A DNA stretch of 64,000 nt from positions 32,001-96,000 of IMG/VR virus record IMGVR_UViG_3300020576_003495. One strand, given 5' to 3'. This stretch comes from a virus. Lineage: Duplodnaviria; Caudoviricetes. Under the pieces are notes generated by a model. That model did no database searches and was not told where the DNA came from. It saw only the letters and a program-made list of their open reading frames with translations. Each line of letters opens with the position of its first letter. The first letter of the stretch is position 1. The translations under genes were made by a program, and so were the position numbers. Positions 38,405-47,705 of this stretch are shown piece after piece.

Positions 38405-39192
38405 TAGGTCGTCAAGTGCCGTGCGGTGGACAAACACAAGACTGGGCCACTATTGACTGGGGCAATCCGATCACTCGTGGACTTTCGCTTGTGTCCACGG
38501 GAAATATGGCCGTCAATCTGGTCACAGGATTACCGCAAACCTATGCAGCGGGATCAGGCACGCTATCTAAAGTCGCAACCCCAAAAGGCACAGGATGGAC
38601 AGCCTCTGGTACAGGGGGGGCTAGTCTAAACGCAAGTGCTGGTGTGTTAGGAAACGGCGACATAACCGCGTTATTTTTTGGCAATCCGACTGCTAATTTG
38701 TTGGCTCAAACACCGATTTACCATACCGCTACAAGTGGAAAGATTTGGTTTTCAGCTAACAACGACGAGAACGAGACGCCTACTAACGGGCAGCTATGTC
38801 TAGGTCTGCTGGAAACAGGCGTAAATCGGTCATCGGTTAAAGTCGCAGGAGCAATCGACGGCACGTTTTCAACCTATCTGCTGGGTAAGACAAGCGGAAG
38901 TGGGCTAGCCTACAAGAACGGAATAAAGCTCACCCCTACAACCACGGGAACACTGGGGGGAAGTCCGTCAACCGGAAGTCCATCATACAAACTCCTAGGC
39001 AATAACACTGCCGGGGGTGGCGAGTGTACGGGTTGGACTATTTTAGTTTGTGCTTGGAATCGGCTTTTATCCGATGCCGAAGCGGCTTTAATAACATCAA
39101 ACCCTTGGCTTATTTTTAAAACCATAACAAAACCAATATTTATCAATATCCCCGCTAGCGCAGCATCTTATATAATGCAGTATTGGAGGTAG
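38401..39192 (+). CDS. LamG-like domain protein
   Basis: IDWGNPITRGL ... WNRLLSDAE ... NPW. Confidence 0.65.
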   Translation: MIGRQVPCGGQTQDWATIDWGNPITRGLSLVSTGNMAVNLVTGLPQTYAAGSGTLSKVATPKGTGWTASGTGGASLNASAGVLGNGDITALFFGNPTANLLAQTPIYHTATSGKIWFSANNDENETPTNGQLCLGLLETGVNRSSVKVAGAIDGTFSTYLLGKTSGSGLAYKNGIKLTPTTTGTLGGSPSTGSPSYKLLGNNTAGGGECTGWTILVCAWNRLLSDAEAALITSNPWLIFKTITKPIFINIPASAASYIMQYWR

Positions 39193-39196
39193 TGCC

Positions 39197-40684
39197 GTGA
39201 CGACTGTGAATCTATCCACCTTAGTTAGTCCGATAGCGACAAGCGGAACACCCGTTGAAGTGCGTGACGAGGGCGTGCAAAAGACGGCTGGGGTTTCCAG
39301 CTTTGACTTTGTTGGTGCGGGCGTTACTGTCACGGCTACAGGTGGCGCAGCTACTGTCACTATTCCGGGGGGAGGCAGTGCCGTTGCAGTAAAAGATGAA
39401 GGGGTATCCAAAACATCTGCTGCTACGTCTCTCGATTTTGTCGGCACAGGAGTTACTGTAACAAATTCTGGTGGTGATGTTACTGTGGCTGTAAACGGCC
39501 AAGATTCTATTCAAGTGCATCAAGTTGCTCACGGCTTTTCTGTAGGGGATATTGCACGCTGTGTTTTCGATACTTGGATTACTGTAGACACGTCTAACTT
39601 CGGCATGGGTGTTGTAACAGCCATTCAAGGTGTTGATGATTTTACGGTGACCTTCAGCGGGATAGTCAATTGCTTTTCCGGGTTAGAACCTGACGCTTCG
39701 TATTTACTATCAAGAACCGCTATTGGTACATTGACACGCGGGGATATACCTGCATCTCCCCCAGAGATGATGTCAAGGCTGGCCGGTAATACCGTTATTT
39801 TTGGTATGGCTTTAACAGCCACATCTTTACAGATCGTTCCCTATGAATCGGCTTTCGCCGACGCAAACGCTGTTTCGACGGTGTATTACTACGCGGAGTC
39901 TGATCCAAGTCAAAAATTTCTTTACTTAGACACGACAACAGACTCGTACTTGCCAGCCAGCGCGGCAAACGTAGCTACGCTAGCAACCGCCCTTTCTATT
40001 TGTTATGACGTATCGAATACTTTGGGTTTGGCTGTGCTTTTGGATGGCAGGGCGCGTCAGTTTGATTACGCTTTATATGGCGGTTTTTGCGGTGACCTTA
40101 CGTACCTTACACTAACTGGTTCACCCGGCGACTTAGTTTACCTAAGCGCCACTGTACCCGGTGGTGTTACTCTTACTCCCCCTGCAATACGTCAAGTAGT
40201 TGGCGTCATAGATTCCAGTAGTTCAATAGCGTGGGTCACACCTTATCTGGAAACAGTTGTCAGTATAGCTAACGAGGGCACACCTTTAACCCCCCACGTT
40301 TCTTCGCTAAATTTCACAGGCGGGGGAGTAACCGCATCTAATACTGGGTCTGCGGTTACGGTGGATGTTCCCGCAAGTATTACGGATCATGGTGCTTTGA
40401 GTGGTCTTGGTGATGATGATCACCCTCAATACAATGTTCTCGTTGCGGACGAAGGGGTAACAAAGACAACGAAAGCGGCATCAATAAATTTTGTGGGGGC
40501 TGGTGTTACGGCGACTAACACAGGTGACGATGTTACCGTTACAATTACGGGGGGCAGCAGCGGTATCGCAACTTACATACAGAACGCAACGCCAACGATA
40601 GCTCCGGGCGATAAAGCGTTGTGGATTCAAACAGGCTTAGGGGATGGTACCGGCATGACGTTTTGGATTGAGGATGGACTATGA
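39197..40684 (+). CDS. Fibre protein with four VxDEG modules
   Basis: Repeats VxVxDEG...xFVGAGVT...VTVxI; DHGALSGLGDDDHPQY. Confidence 0.7.
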   Translation: MTTVNLSTLVSPIATSGTPVEVRDEGVQKTAGVSSFDFVGAGVTVTATGGAATVTIPGGGSAVAVKDEGVSKTSAATSLDFVGTGVTVTNSGGDVTVAVNGQDSIQVHQVAHGFSVGDIARCVFDTWITVDTSNFGMGVVTAIQGVDDFTVTFSGIVNCFSGLEPDASYLLSRTAIGTLTRGDIPASPPEMMSRLAGNTVIFGMALTATSLQIVPYESAFADANAVSTVYYYAESDPSQKFLYLDTTTDSYLPASAANVATLATALSICYDVSNTLGLAVLLDGRARQFDYALYGGFCGDLTYLTLTGSPGDLVYLSATVPGGVTLTPPAIRQVVGVIDSSSSIAWVTPYLETVVSIANEGTPLTPHVSSLNFTGGGVTASNTGSAVTVDVPASITDHGALSGLGDDDHPQYNVLVADEGVTKTTKAASINFVGAGVTATNTGDDVTVTITGGSSGIATYIQNATPTIAPGDKALWIQTGLGDGTGMTFWIEDGL

Positions 40685-41025
40685 GCCTTAGAAACGCTTT
40701 TGAAGACCTAGCCACAGAGAAAGGTTTGACGCTTTTGCGTCGAATATTCCAAGCACTGAAGCCTTTGGGTGTGGTTACGGGTAGCGGCAGTAATCGTTTG
40801 TCTGTTGATGTGAACAACGTCACAGGCGGAACCCTGATCGCAACCCAAGCCACAGCAGGTAACTTGAACTGCACTGCCACTATTGCGTCAGGAACGGTGA
40901 CCACGGTGACCACGGTGGCTACAATGAGCAACCAAACTAATATTGGCGGTGTTTCTGCTTTTGAGATGCTAAAAGCGATGTCCCGAACAGGCTACAATCA
41001 AGGTATTCGGTCACGTATTACATGA
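40681..41025 (+). CDS. Thr-rich fibre-associated protein
   Basis: ATGA overlap; GTVTTVTTV. Confidence 0.6.
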   Translation: MSLRNAFEDLATEKGLTLLRRIFQALKPLGVVTGSGSNRLSVDVNNVTGGTLIATQATAGNLNCTATIASGTVTTVTTVATMSNQTNIGGVSAFEMLKAMSRTGYNQGIRSRIT

Positions 41026-41075
41026 TGTCGCGTGTAACGATCACGACCCACATCAAATTACTCTAAGGATTTTTC

Positions 41076-43934
41076 ATGGCTAACGCAAACAAACAACTAA
41101 TTGACCTACCGTTTTTCGAGTTGTGCAACCAAGCCCCCGTCGCAACGCAAGCCATTGCCGCCATGACGACATCGGAAGACGGCACGGATCGCTATATTTA
41201 TTACATCGTTGGTATTACCTTCTACCGCTACGACACGATTGCAGATACGTGGCAATTACTTGCAGCACCTAATCAAACCACCACGGTTGGGTGTTCTCTA
41301 CGCTATACAACAAAGCGCGGTTTTCACGGGCGCGTCCTTTCAGCAACATCGACCACGATACAAATCCCCGGACTGCGTGGGCCGACTCTTGATGGTCAAA
41401 CCATTGAAATTCTGAGCGGAACAGGTATGGGTCAAACTCGTGTGCTAACGTACACAGGAGAAACTGTTCACGACGCTGGTGTGGTAACCGCTGTTGCAGC
41501 AAACTTGCTCACAGATAGCTTGAAGAAGTGGAAGATTAATCAATGGGCAGGGTACATGGTTGGTGTAACCTTTGGTACTGACTCCACACAATATAAAAAG
41601 ATTCTCTATAATGACACGACGACGCTCTATGTGTCCGACATTAACTTACAGCCCCACGATCCGTGGAGTAATCAGCCGTATGCTGCGATCCTTCCTTATG
41701 CACTCCCCGTAACAACGGCAGGTTCGCAAGCGCACTTCCAAATCATGTCCAGCACGTTTTCTGTAACGGCGTGGACAACGACCCCTGATTACACATCGTT
41801 CTTCACTACGTTATCGGGCGGGATTTACCTTTTGTCGTCCCTTGCAGGCGCACCCTATTTCTCCCTGCAATACTACGATGTGATAGCTGATAGCTGGCAG
41901 AACAAAACAACCCCACAAGGTATGATCCTTGCTGCTTTAGGTACTGACTTTTCTCTTCAGCGCACAGGGAAGTTGGGTTCAGCGTTAGTGACAAATCTTG
42001 GTGTGGTGAGTGGAACTAATCGAACACTTGCTGATGCGGGTCAAACCACATTGGAAGTTGATCGTTGGAGAAATCACCGTATTGTGATTACAGGTGGAAC
42101 GGGTATTGGTCAGTCCCGAAGAATCGTTAGCAACACAGCGGGTGCGTTTACCGTCAATAGAAATTGGGATATAAACCCCACCACAGGTTCAACGTATGAA
42201 GTCTGGCCGGATTACGCTCGCCTCTACATGGCGGGGGGTGCGGCTTCTGCTTTATTCGCCTATTCCACATTCAACGATTGCTGGGGGCAGGGGCAGTACT
42301 TCGATGACGGCATTACAGCTAACATAACCTGCACCATGGCAGGATGGGAGCCTTTCGGCGTCACTTCGGGCACACGTATTGCAGCGGGTGTCCAAGCAAT
42401 CAACACAACGCCAGCCAATGCGGGGACGGGTTATGCCATTGGTGACACATTCAGTTTTGTAACTGGTGCCGGTGCCGGTGCTAAAGGTCGCGTTGTTGCT
42501 CTGTCAGCCGTGGGTGTTCCTTCTACGATTGAATTGATTGATTCAGGCACAACCACAGGCTACACGGTTGCAACATCAGGCGGGGTCACAAACATTGTGG
42601 GTTCAGGTTCGGGATTAACTGTGAGTGTCACAACAGTTGGCCCAACAGCAAATATTGTTCTGGCTTCTGCTAGTTGGTTGAAGCAAGGCGATTCTGTAAC
42701 CTTCGCTGGATGTACAGAAGGATTGTGGAATGCTGCTTATACCATTCTTGGTGTGAGTGCTGTGTCAACATCCGCTTGCACATTCTCTGTTGCAACCACA
42801 GCGACAGCCAACATGGCAGCGTCTAACTCCCAATCAACTACAGTCATTGTCGATCCAAGTAAAAACTGGATTGTCAATGAGCATGTGGGGCGCATTGTTG
42901 ACCTTTGTGTTTCGGGTACCGCACCTACATCACAGAAGCGTTGGATTACAGCAAATACCGCAACGACGTTAACCGTAGCCACTATCGTTGCAGGTGTTAA
43001 CGGAACAAGTAAATATTGCATTTACGACGCCAACATTTTCGGTTGTGATGATCAGCGTAAAGAAGCCAACATGCACGGCTACGGCCATGCTTCAGGGGGT
43101 TCACTCACAACACTAACTGATTCAAGCAAGAACTGGATTCCCGGTCAGTGGATTGGTTATTTGTTCAAAGTGGAAGCGGGTACAGGCTACGGCTCAGGCC
43201 GTATCAGCATCACAGCCAATACGGCAACAACTCTTACCTACACAACCCAATCCTTCACACCGGACGCCACAACACGCTATGAGATTGCGGATGCATGGGG
43301 TATTGCGACATCAGGTGCCGCTTCAACACTAACGGATAACACTAAAAATTGGGCGACTAATCAGTGGGGCGGTAAGCGTGTTCGTGTTACAGCAGGAACG
43401 CTGCAAGGAACGGAGACAACCTGCACAGCCAATACGGCAACGGCACTGACCATCACAGGTACGCCTGACACCACATCAGCTTATGCCATTGTGTCTATTC
43501 CACCAAGGGGCGCGGGTATTGAGTTGATATGGGCGTGGGGAGCTACTGCTGTAGCCAACAAAAAGTTGATGTTCTGCCCTCGGGGTGGTGGTTCTAACTC
43601 AGCCGACATCTACGATATTGCCAAGGAAACATGGGCATTCGGTTACTTCTTCGGGCCACAGGCTGAACCGTTTACCACAGGTTCAAGTTATGCGTATGAC
43701 GGGGTTGATTCTATCCTTGCATCGCGGTCAGCCACAGGACAACCTGTTCGTGTTTTCCGTTATAACCTCGCCACGAACAAGATTAGCGGCTATGCCACGA
43801 CAACGTGGGTACAAGGCACGGCACATATCGGAAATTTCATGGGAATTTGTTCTGCACCGACCACGGGGGAGGAATACCTCTACTGCCTGCAAAATACGGG
43901 CACCCTAATGTCTCGTGCTCAAATGTTCTTCTAA
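41076..43934 (+). CDS. Large repeat-containing fibre/spike protein
   Basis: Repeats LTDxxKxWxxNQWxG...GT...NTATxLT. Confidence 0.7.
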   Translation: MANANKQLIDLPFFELCNQAPVATQAIAAMTTSEDGTDRYIYYIVGITFYRYDTIADTWQLLAAPNQTTTVGCSLRYTTKRGFHGRVLSATSTTIQIPGLRGPTLDGQTIEILSGTGMGQTRVLTYTGETVHDAGVVTAVAANLLTDSLKKWKINQWAGYMVGVTFGTDSTQYKKILYNDTTTLYVSDINLQPHDPWSNQPYAAILPYALPVTTAGSQAHFQIMSSTFSVTAWTTTPDYTSFFTTLSGGIYLLSSLAGAPYFSLQYYDVIADSWQNKTTPQGMILAALGTDFSLQRTGKLGSALVTNLGVVSGTNRTLADAGQTTLEVDRWRNHRIVITGGTGIGQSRRIVSNTAGAFTVNRNWDINPTTGSTYEVWPDYARLYMAGGAASALFAYSTFNDCWGQGQYFDDGITANITCTMAGWEPFGVTSGTRIAAGVQAINTTPANAGTGYAIGDTFSFVTGAGAGAKGRVVALSAVGVPSTIELIDSGTTTGYTVATSGGVTNIVGSGSGLTVSVTTVGPTANIVLASASWLKQGDSVTFAGCTEGLWNAAYTILGVSAVSTSACTFSVATTATANMAASNSQSTTVIVDPSKNWIVNEHVGRIVDLCVSGTAPTSQKRWITANTATTLTVATIVAGVNGTSKYCIYDANIFGCDDQRKEANMHGYGHASGGSLTTLTDSSKNWIPGQWIGYLFKVEAGTGYGSGRISITANTATTLTYTTQSFTPDATTRYEIADAWGIATSGAASTLTDNTKNWATNQWGGKRVRVTAGTLQGTETTCTANTATALTITGTPDTTSAYAIVSIPPRGAGIELIWAWGATAVANKKLMFCPRGGGSNSADIYDIAKETWAFGYFFGPQAEPFTTGSSYAYDGVDSILASRSATGQPVRVFRYNLATNKISGYATTTWVQGTAHIGNFMGICSAPTTGEEYLYCLQNTGTLMSRAQMFF

Positions 43935-43943
43935 GGAATGACC

Positions 43944-44108
43944 GTGACTATTCAAGAACTTATCGTTTTAAGTGAATCCCGTCTTGCTTACATCGGAGAA
44001 CTAAGGGCGTCGGCATTGGCTACTGGCGATGTTCAGCATCTTTTAGTGCTTGAATCACAGCAGGTTGAAACCCAAATTACCTTAGACAAGCTTAGAAGTT
44101 TGGTTTGA
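43944..44108 (+). CDS. Small helical protein, 54 aa (not in ORF track)
   Basis: AAGGA RBS, GTG start; MTIQELIVLSESRL...TLDKLRSLV; terminator follows. Confidence 0.65.
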   Translation: MTIQELIVLSESRLAYIGELRASALATGDVQHLLVLESQQVETQITLDKLRSLV

Positions 44109-44126
44109 TACGCTCAGGTAATGCCG

Positions 44127-44159
44127 AAAGCGCACGCAGTACGGTGCGCTTTTTGTTTT
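44127..44159 (+). terminator. Intrinsic terminator ending tail operon
   Basis: AAAGCGCAC/GTGCGCTTT stem plus T run. Confidence 0.8.
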
Positions 44160-44227
44160 CATAAGGAAGGTAGCTCCCCCGCTATACTCTAACTTTACGC
44201 CACATCATATTAAAAGGACGCCCTGCC

Positions 44228-44731
44228 GTGTCTGACGTACCCCTATCCGAAGCTGTTACGATGGTGCAAGGACTCTCCACAGGAGGCAGCGACATCCTTG
44301 AAGCGACTAAATGGGTAGTCGTCATTCTTCTGATGGTTGCGGGGGCTTGCTTACCGTTCATGATGCTAATCAACAAAAAAACAAAAGACAAGAACACAAA
44401 CGTCTTAGAGACAGCCATATCAGAAGTTGGCAGCACGCTATACACACAGTTAAGCAAGCAAGTTGAAGAATATCGACTAGCGGCAGATTCAGCAAGCAAA
44501 GAACGTAATGAGTTGGTACTTAGGGTTGCTCATTTGGAAGCACAAATCTTCTCCCTTGAATCTTTGCGAGAAACCAACGAGCGCTTGCGCAGCAAATTGG
44601 ATGTGAAAGACGAAGAAATGAAAGGTCTTCTTGCACAGGGCTTGGACGAACGAAAGCAGTTCATGGATATGCTGTTGCTTAAAAACAGAGACAGCTTGCG
44701 TAGAGATGCTAAACAGGAGACACCAATATGA
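44228..44731 (+). CDS. Single-TM coiled-coil lysis-cassette protein (holin/antiholin candidate)
   Basis: One hydrophobic segment then heptad-rich region; first gene of lysis cluster. Confidence 0.55.
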   Translation: MSDVPLSEAVTMVQGLSTGGSDILEATKWVVVILLMVAGACLPFMMLINKKTKDKNTNVLETAISEVGSTLYTQLSKQVEEYRLAADSASKERNELVLRVAHLEAQIFSLESLRETNERLRSKLDVKDEEMKGLLAQGLDERKQFMDMLLLKNRDSLRRDAKQETPI

Positions 44732-45045
44732 TTACGGATGAAGTAAGCAAGGTACGTCGTTTTTTCTACGACTTTTTCAAGATTTTTATTCTGATGGGCG
44801 CGGTCGGTTTTCTTCTGTATCAAGCTGACCCGACCAACGCTGTGATCTTTCAGGCTATGGGGATCGCGCTGTTCATGGTCGGTGGAACACACCTAACCCG
44901 AAGGATTCTTTTCAACAGCCTTGATTTACAGGCCATCGCTAGGTTAGCCGTAAGAGATAACAACATGTCAGCAGCGATTGTGTTTGCTTCTGTTGTGGCG
45001 TTCCTCATAGCGGTGATGTCACTCTCCATGCAGGTTTTCAAATAA
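44728..45045 (+). CDS. Putative holin (three TM segments)
   Basis: 105 aa with three hydrophobic stretches, upstream of endolysin. Confidence 0.7.
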   Translation: MITDEVSKVRRFFYDFFKIFILMGAVGFLLYQADPTNAVIFQAMGIALFMVGGTHLTRRILFNSLDLQAIARLAVRDNNMSAAIVFASVVAFLIAVMSLSMQVFK

Positions 45046-45057
45046 GCGGGGTGGTCT

Positions 45058-45258
45058 ATGATTGTTTGGTCAGTATCACGCCTGTTTCATTTTTCGTGCT
45101 CAGTTTGCAATCACAAGTGGGATGTTTTCAACTGGCCGAACTGGTTTAGCATTAACAGGACGCGACTTCCCGTGGAGTGTCCGAACTGTGGGCACGCGGA
45201 TATTCCCGTAGAATCAGTGGAAAATAAAGATGCTTCCATCTCACCCGCCCCCACTTGA
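45058..45258 (+). CDS. Small zinc-ribbon protein
   Basis: CSVC...CPNCG. Confidence 0.55.
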   Translation: MIVWSVSRLFHFSCSVCNHKWDVFNWPNWFSINRTRLPVECPNCGHADIPVESVENKDASISPAPT

Positions 45259-45904
45259 GCCTATTTGCCCGGTTGTGCAATTAACTGCAAATGAGCAGCA
45301 GCATCTACCTACACTTTTATTAGAATCCAACCTCTATTGGCCTGAGTTGAAATGGAAATCAATGTTAGGTTCTCAGATAAGACAAGAAACCTGCCCGAGT
45401 CTAAAGCACAGGTTTTGCTGGAACCCGAGAGCGGAACTCAAGACATCCCGAGAGTACGGCTTTGGCCTCGGACAAATTACAATCACAGCCAAATTCGACA
45501 ACTTCAAAGAGGCGAAGAAGCTGAATACGACGATGAGTGACTGGAAATGGGAGGACAGGTATGATGCCGCCTACCAAATCAGGACGCTTGTGTTGATGGA
45601 TAAATTTAACTACGGCAAGTTCTCTTTGGCAGCGGATGAAAAAGAACGTATGGCTTTTTCTTTTGCTGCGTATAATGGGGGGCTTGGGGGGGTCTTATCA
45701 GACAAGGCTGTTTGTAGAAATACTTCAGAGTGCGACCCTAACCGATGGTTCGACCACGTAGAGCACACTAGCAAAAAAGCCAAGGTTCCTGTACACGGGT
45801 ACGGTCAGAGCTTCTTCCAAATTAACCGAACATATACAAATAACATAGTTAACGTCTTCCCGCCACGCTATATGCCTTTCTTCGGAGAATGCAATGTTCG
45901 CTAG
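45230..45904 (+). CDS. Endolysin, lytic transglycosylase (SLT)
   Basis: QET catalytic Glu, GLGQ, AYNGGLG motifs. Confidence 0.85.
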   Translation: MLPSHPPPLEPICPVVQLTANEQQHLPTLLLESNLYWPELKWKSMLGSQIRQETCPSLKHRFCWNPRAELKTSREYGFGLGQITITAKFDNFKEAKKLNTTMSDWKWEDRYDAAYQIRTLVLMDKFNYGKFSLAADEKERMAFSFAAYNGGLGGVLSDKAVCRNTSECDPNRWFDHVEHTSKKAKVPVHGYGQSFFQINRTYTNNIVNVFPPRYMPFFGECNVR

Positions 45905-46388
45905 TCTGCTTACAGGTAAAATCATGGGGGGCTTGAGTCTAGCCCTTCTTATCATCTTCGCTGCGTTTGGTGTGTACCATTATTTTCTTGTGTTGTCCCT
46001 TGAGCACACCATCACCAAGCAGGGGGAGAAGATTGCCAGCCTCAACATCAAAAACGCTGAGTTGACCAGTGAAAATACCAAGCTGACTGAAGCTAACGTA
46101 AAAATGGCGGCTTCGATTGACGTTCAAAACGCCAAGATCAAAGAAATGGTTGACGCACAGACTACTGCGGTAGCTGCGGCTATTAAGGTAGCGGATGCAG
46201 CGGTAGCCACGGCTAAAAAGGACAAGGCGAGGTATGAGGCTTTGCTCACTGCCCCAAGGACAACATCGGACGATTGCAAGGAAGCCTCTTTGAAGGTGAA
46301 TGAGTATTTACAGATGCGGTACGCAGATACTCATCCACCAAAAACCCCCACAGCGCCCCCCACAGCGGCGTCAGGAGAAGCAAGATGA
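45894..46388 (+). CDS. Inner-membrane spanin (Rz-like)
   Basis: N-terminal TM, coiled coil, Cys near C-terminus. Confidence 0.8.
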   Translation: MFASLLTGKIMGGLSLALLIIFAAFGVYHYFLVLSLEHTITKQGEKIASLNIKNAELTSENTKLTEANVKMAASIDVQNAKIKEMVDAQTTAVAAAIKVADAAVATAKKDKARYEALLTAPRTTSDDCKEASLKVNEYLQMRYADTHPPKTPTAPPTAASGEAR

Positions 46389-46663
46389 AGTATCTGATAG
46401 CTACCCTATGCCTAGCCCTTTCCGCGTGCGCTACGTGCGATCCTAAAGTCATCATAGAGACAAAGGAAGTTTCTATTCCCGTGGTGACGCGCTGCAAGGT
46501 GAAGTACCCACAGAAGCCTGTGGATATTACGAAGGATGCGGTTCCTACGAAATACTATGAGCAGATCATCGCCCTGATACGTGAGAACGTGGACTACCGA
46601 AACTACATCAACGAACTGGAAGCCGTTCTGAAGGTTTGCGCTGACGATGATCCCGCAAAGTAA
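46385..46663 (+). CDS. Outer-membrane lipoprotein spanin (Rz1-like)
   Basis: Signal peptide with lipobox LSAC; overlaps end of Rz-like gene. Confidence 0.8.
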   Translation: MKYLIATLCLALSACATCDPKVIIETKEVSIPVVTRCKVKYPQKPVDITKDAVPTKYYEQIIALIRENVDYRNYINELEAVLKVCADDDPAK

Positions 46664-46671
46664 ATAATTTC

Positions 46672-46700
46672 TTGACAAATCCTTAACCACGGGGTATAGT
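46672..46700 (+). promoter_or_regulatory. Early promoter
   Basis: CTTGACAAA, TTGACA-N17-TATAGT. Confidence 0.8.
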
Positions 46701-46727
46701 GGTTCCCAATTAGACAACGGAGTGTGC

Positions 46728-47087
46728 ATGAAACCAAACCTTTACGTGTCCCCACAAGACGTTGAGTGTCTTTTGTTTGGCTTTTCTGCGTACAAAGACC
46801 TCACGGAACAACAGAGGAACCTTCTCAAAAGGCTGGCTAGCATCGACTTTACTACAAAAGCGGGTGAAGGTTTTTACTTTCCCGCGCTGTACAACAGCCA
46901 TACTAAAACTCATTGTATCAAGACGCTTCGGGCTTTGACGGGCTTGGGGCTTAAAGAAGCAAAGGACGCTGTTGAACAAGAAACACGATTCAGTCTGTTG
47001 GGTTACGACTTGACCGCAGAGAAGGTTTTGGCGGTAGCGCTTGAGCAGTCTGGTATTGTCCACAAAGTTGTTGTTGCATTCGAGTGA
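46728..47087 (+). CDS. Protein with ribosomal bL12 (L7/L12) C-terminal-like domain
   Basis: IKTLRALTGLGLKEAKDAVE closely matches the bL12 signature IKxVRxxTGLGLKEAKxxVE. Confidence 0.8.
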   Translation: MKPNLYVSPQDVECLLFGFSAYKDLTEQQRNLLKRLASIDFTTKAGEGFYFPALYNSHTKTHCIKTLRALTGLGLKEAKDAVEQETRFSLLGYDLTAEKVLAVALEQSGIVHKVVVAFE

Positions 47088-47115
47088 AATCACCTTCAAA
47101 TTTATAGGAGTAGCT

Positions 47116-47451
47116 ATGCCAAAAGCACAAGTAACAATGGTTGCCGTGGGTGACGGTGGTTATGAAGTTTTCGCCCCCGCTGTCTTAGACTTGAACACCT
47201 TCGAAGCCAGCACAGCGAAAGACGACTTTCTGAACTGCACAGAAGATTCGGATACGTTTTTTGGTCTGGATATAGGTGACGGGGGGGACGACTATATCCA
47301 TCTTGGTGTGGACTACATGTACCCCAACGAATTTATGGTGGTGGACGCTGCGAGTATTGGCCGCATCAAAGCCTACTACAAAGAAAATCCCGGCGCTGTT
47401 GAAGCAGACGACGACATCGAAGGCGAAGACGATGACACCGATAGCCGATAA
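47116..47451 (+). CDS. Acidic hypothetical protein
   Basis: AGGAG RBS before ATG 47116. Confidence 0.65.
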   Translation: MPKAQVTMVAVGDGGYEVFAPAVLDLNTFEASTAKDDFLNCTEDSDTFFGLDIGDGGDDYIHLGVDYMYPNEFMVVDAASIGRIKAYYKENPGAVEADDDIEGEDDDTDSR

Positions 47452-47680
47452 CGAAGAAGACCCTGCACGGCTATGGGCTGAAATCCACCGTTTGCGCGTT
47501 ATTGTGCGCGGCCCAGAAGGCTATGATACGTGGCAAGATGCTGCTTTAGCAGAACGCCTCCGACGTATCGCTTTTCAAGGTGAGCTACAAGCACTACGGA
47601 ACCACGTTGAATATTGGTTTAGGGCAGGGCGTGACTTTGATGCCCTTAAACGGGCTGATGATGCGTTAAAGACTTATTAG
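47432..47680 (+). CDS. Hypothetical protein
   Basis: LWAEIHRLR...GPEGYDTWQDAA segment; fills gap. Confidence 0.55.
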   Translation: MTPIADNEEDPARLWAEIHRLRVIVRGPEGYDTWQDAALAERLRRIAFQGELQALRNHVEYWFRAGRDFDALKRADDALKTY

Positions 47681-47705
47681 TTGCAATTAATTTCAATGGA
47701 GTGAT

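Noticed and set aside
33372-43934. Diversity-generating retroelement or invertible fibre cassette
   Set aside because: No reverse transcriptase, invertase or adenine-specific TR/VR pair seen; repeats are diverged at protein level
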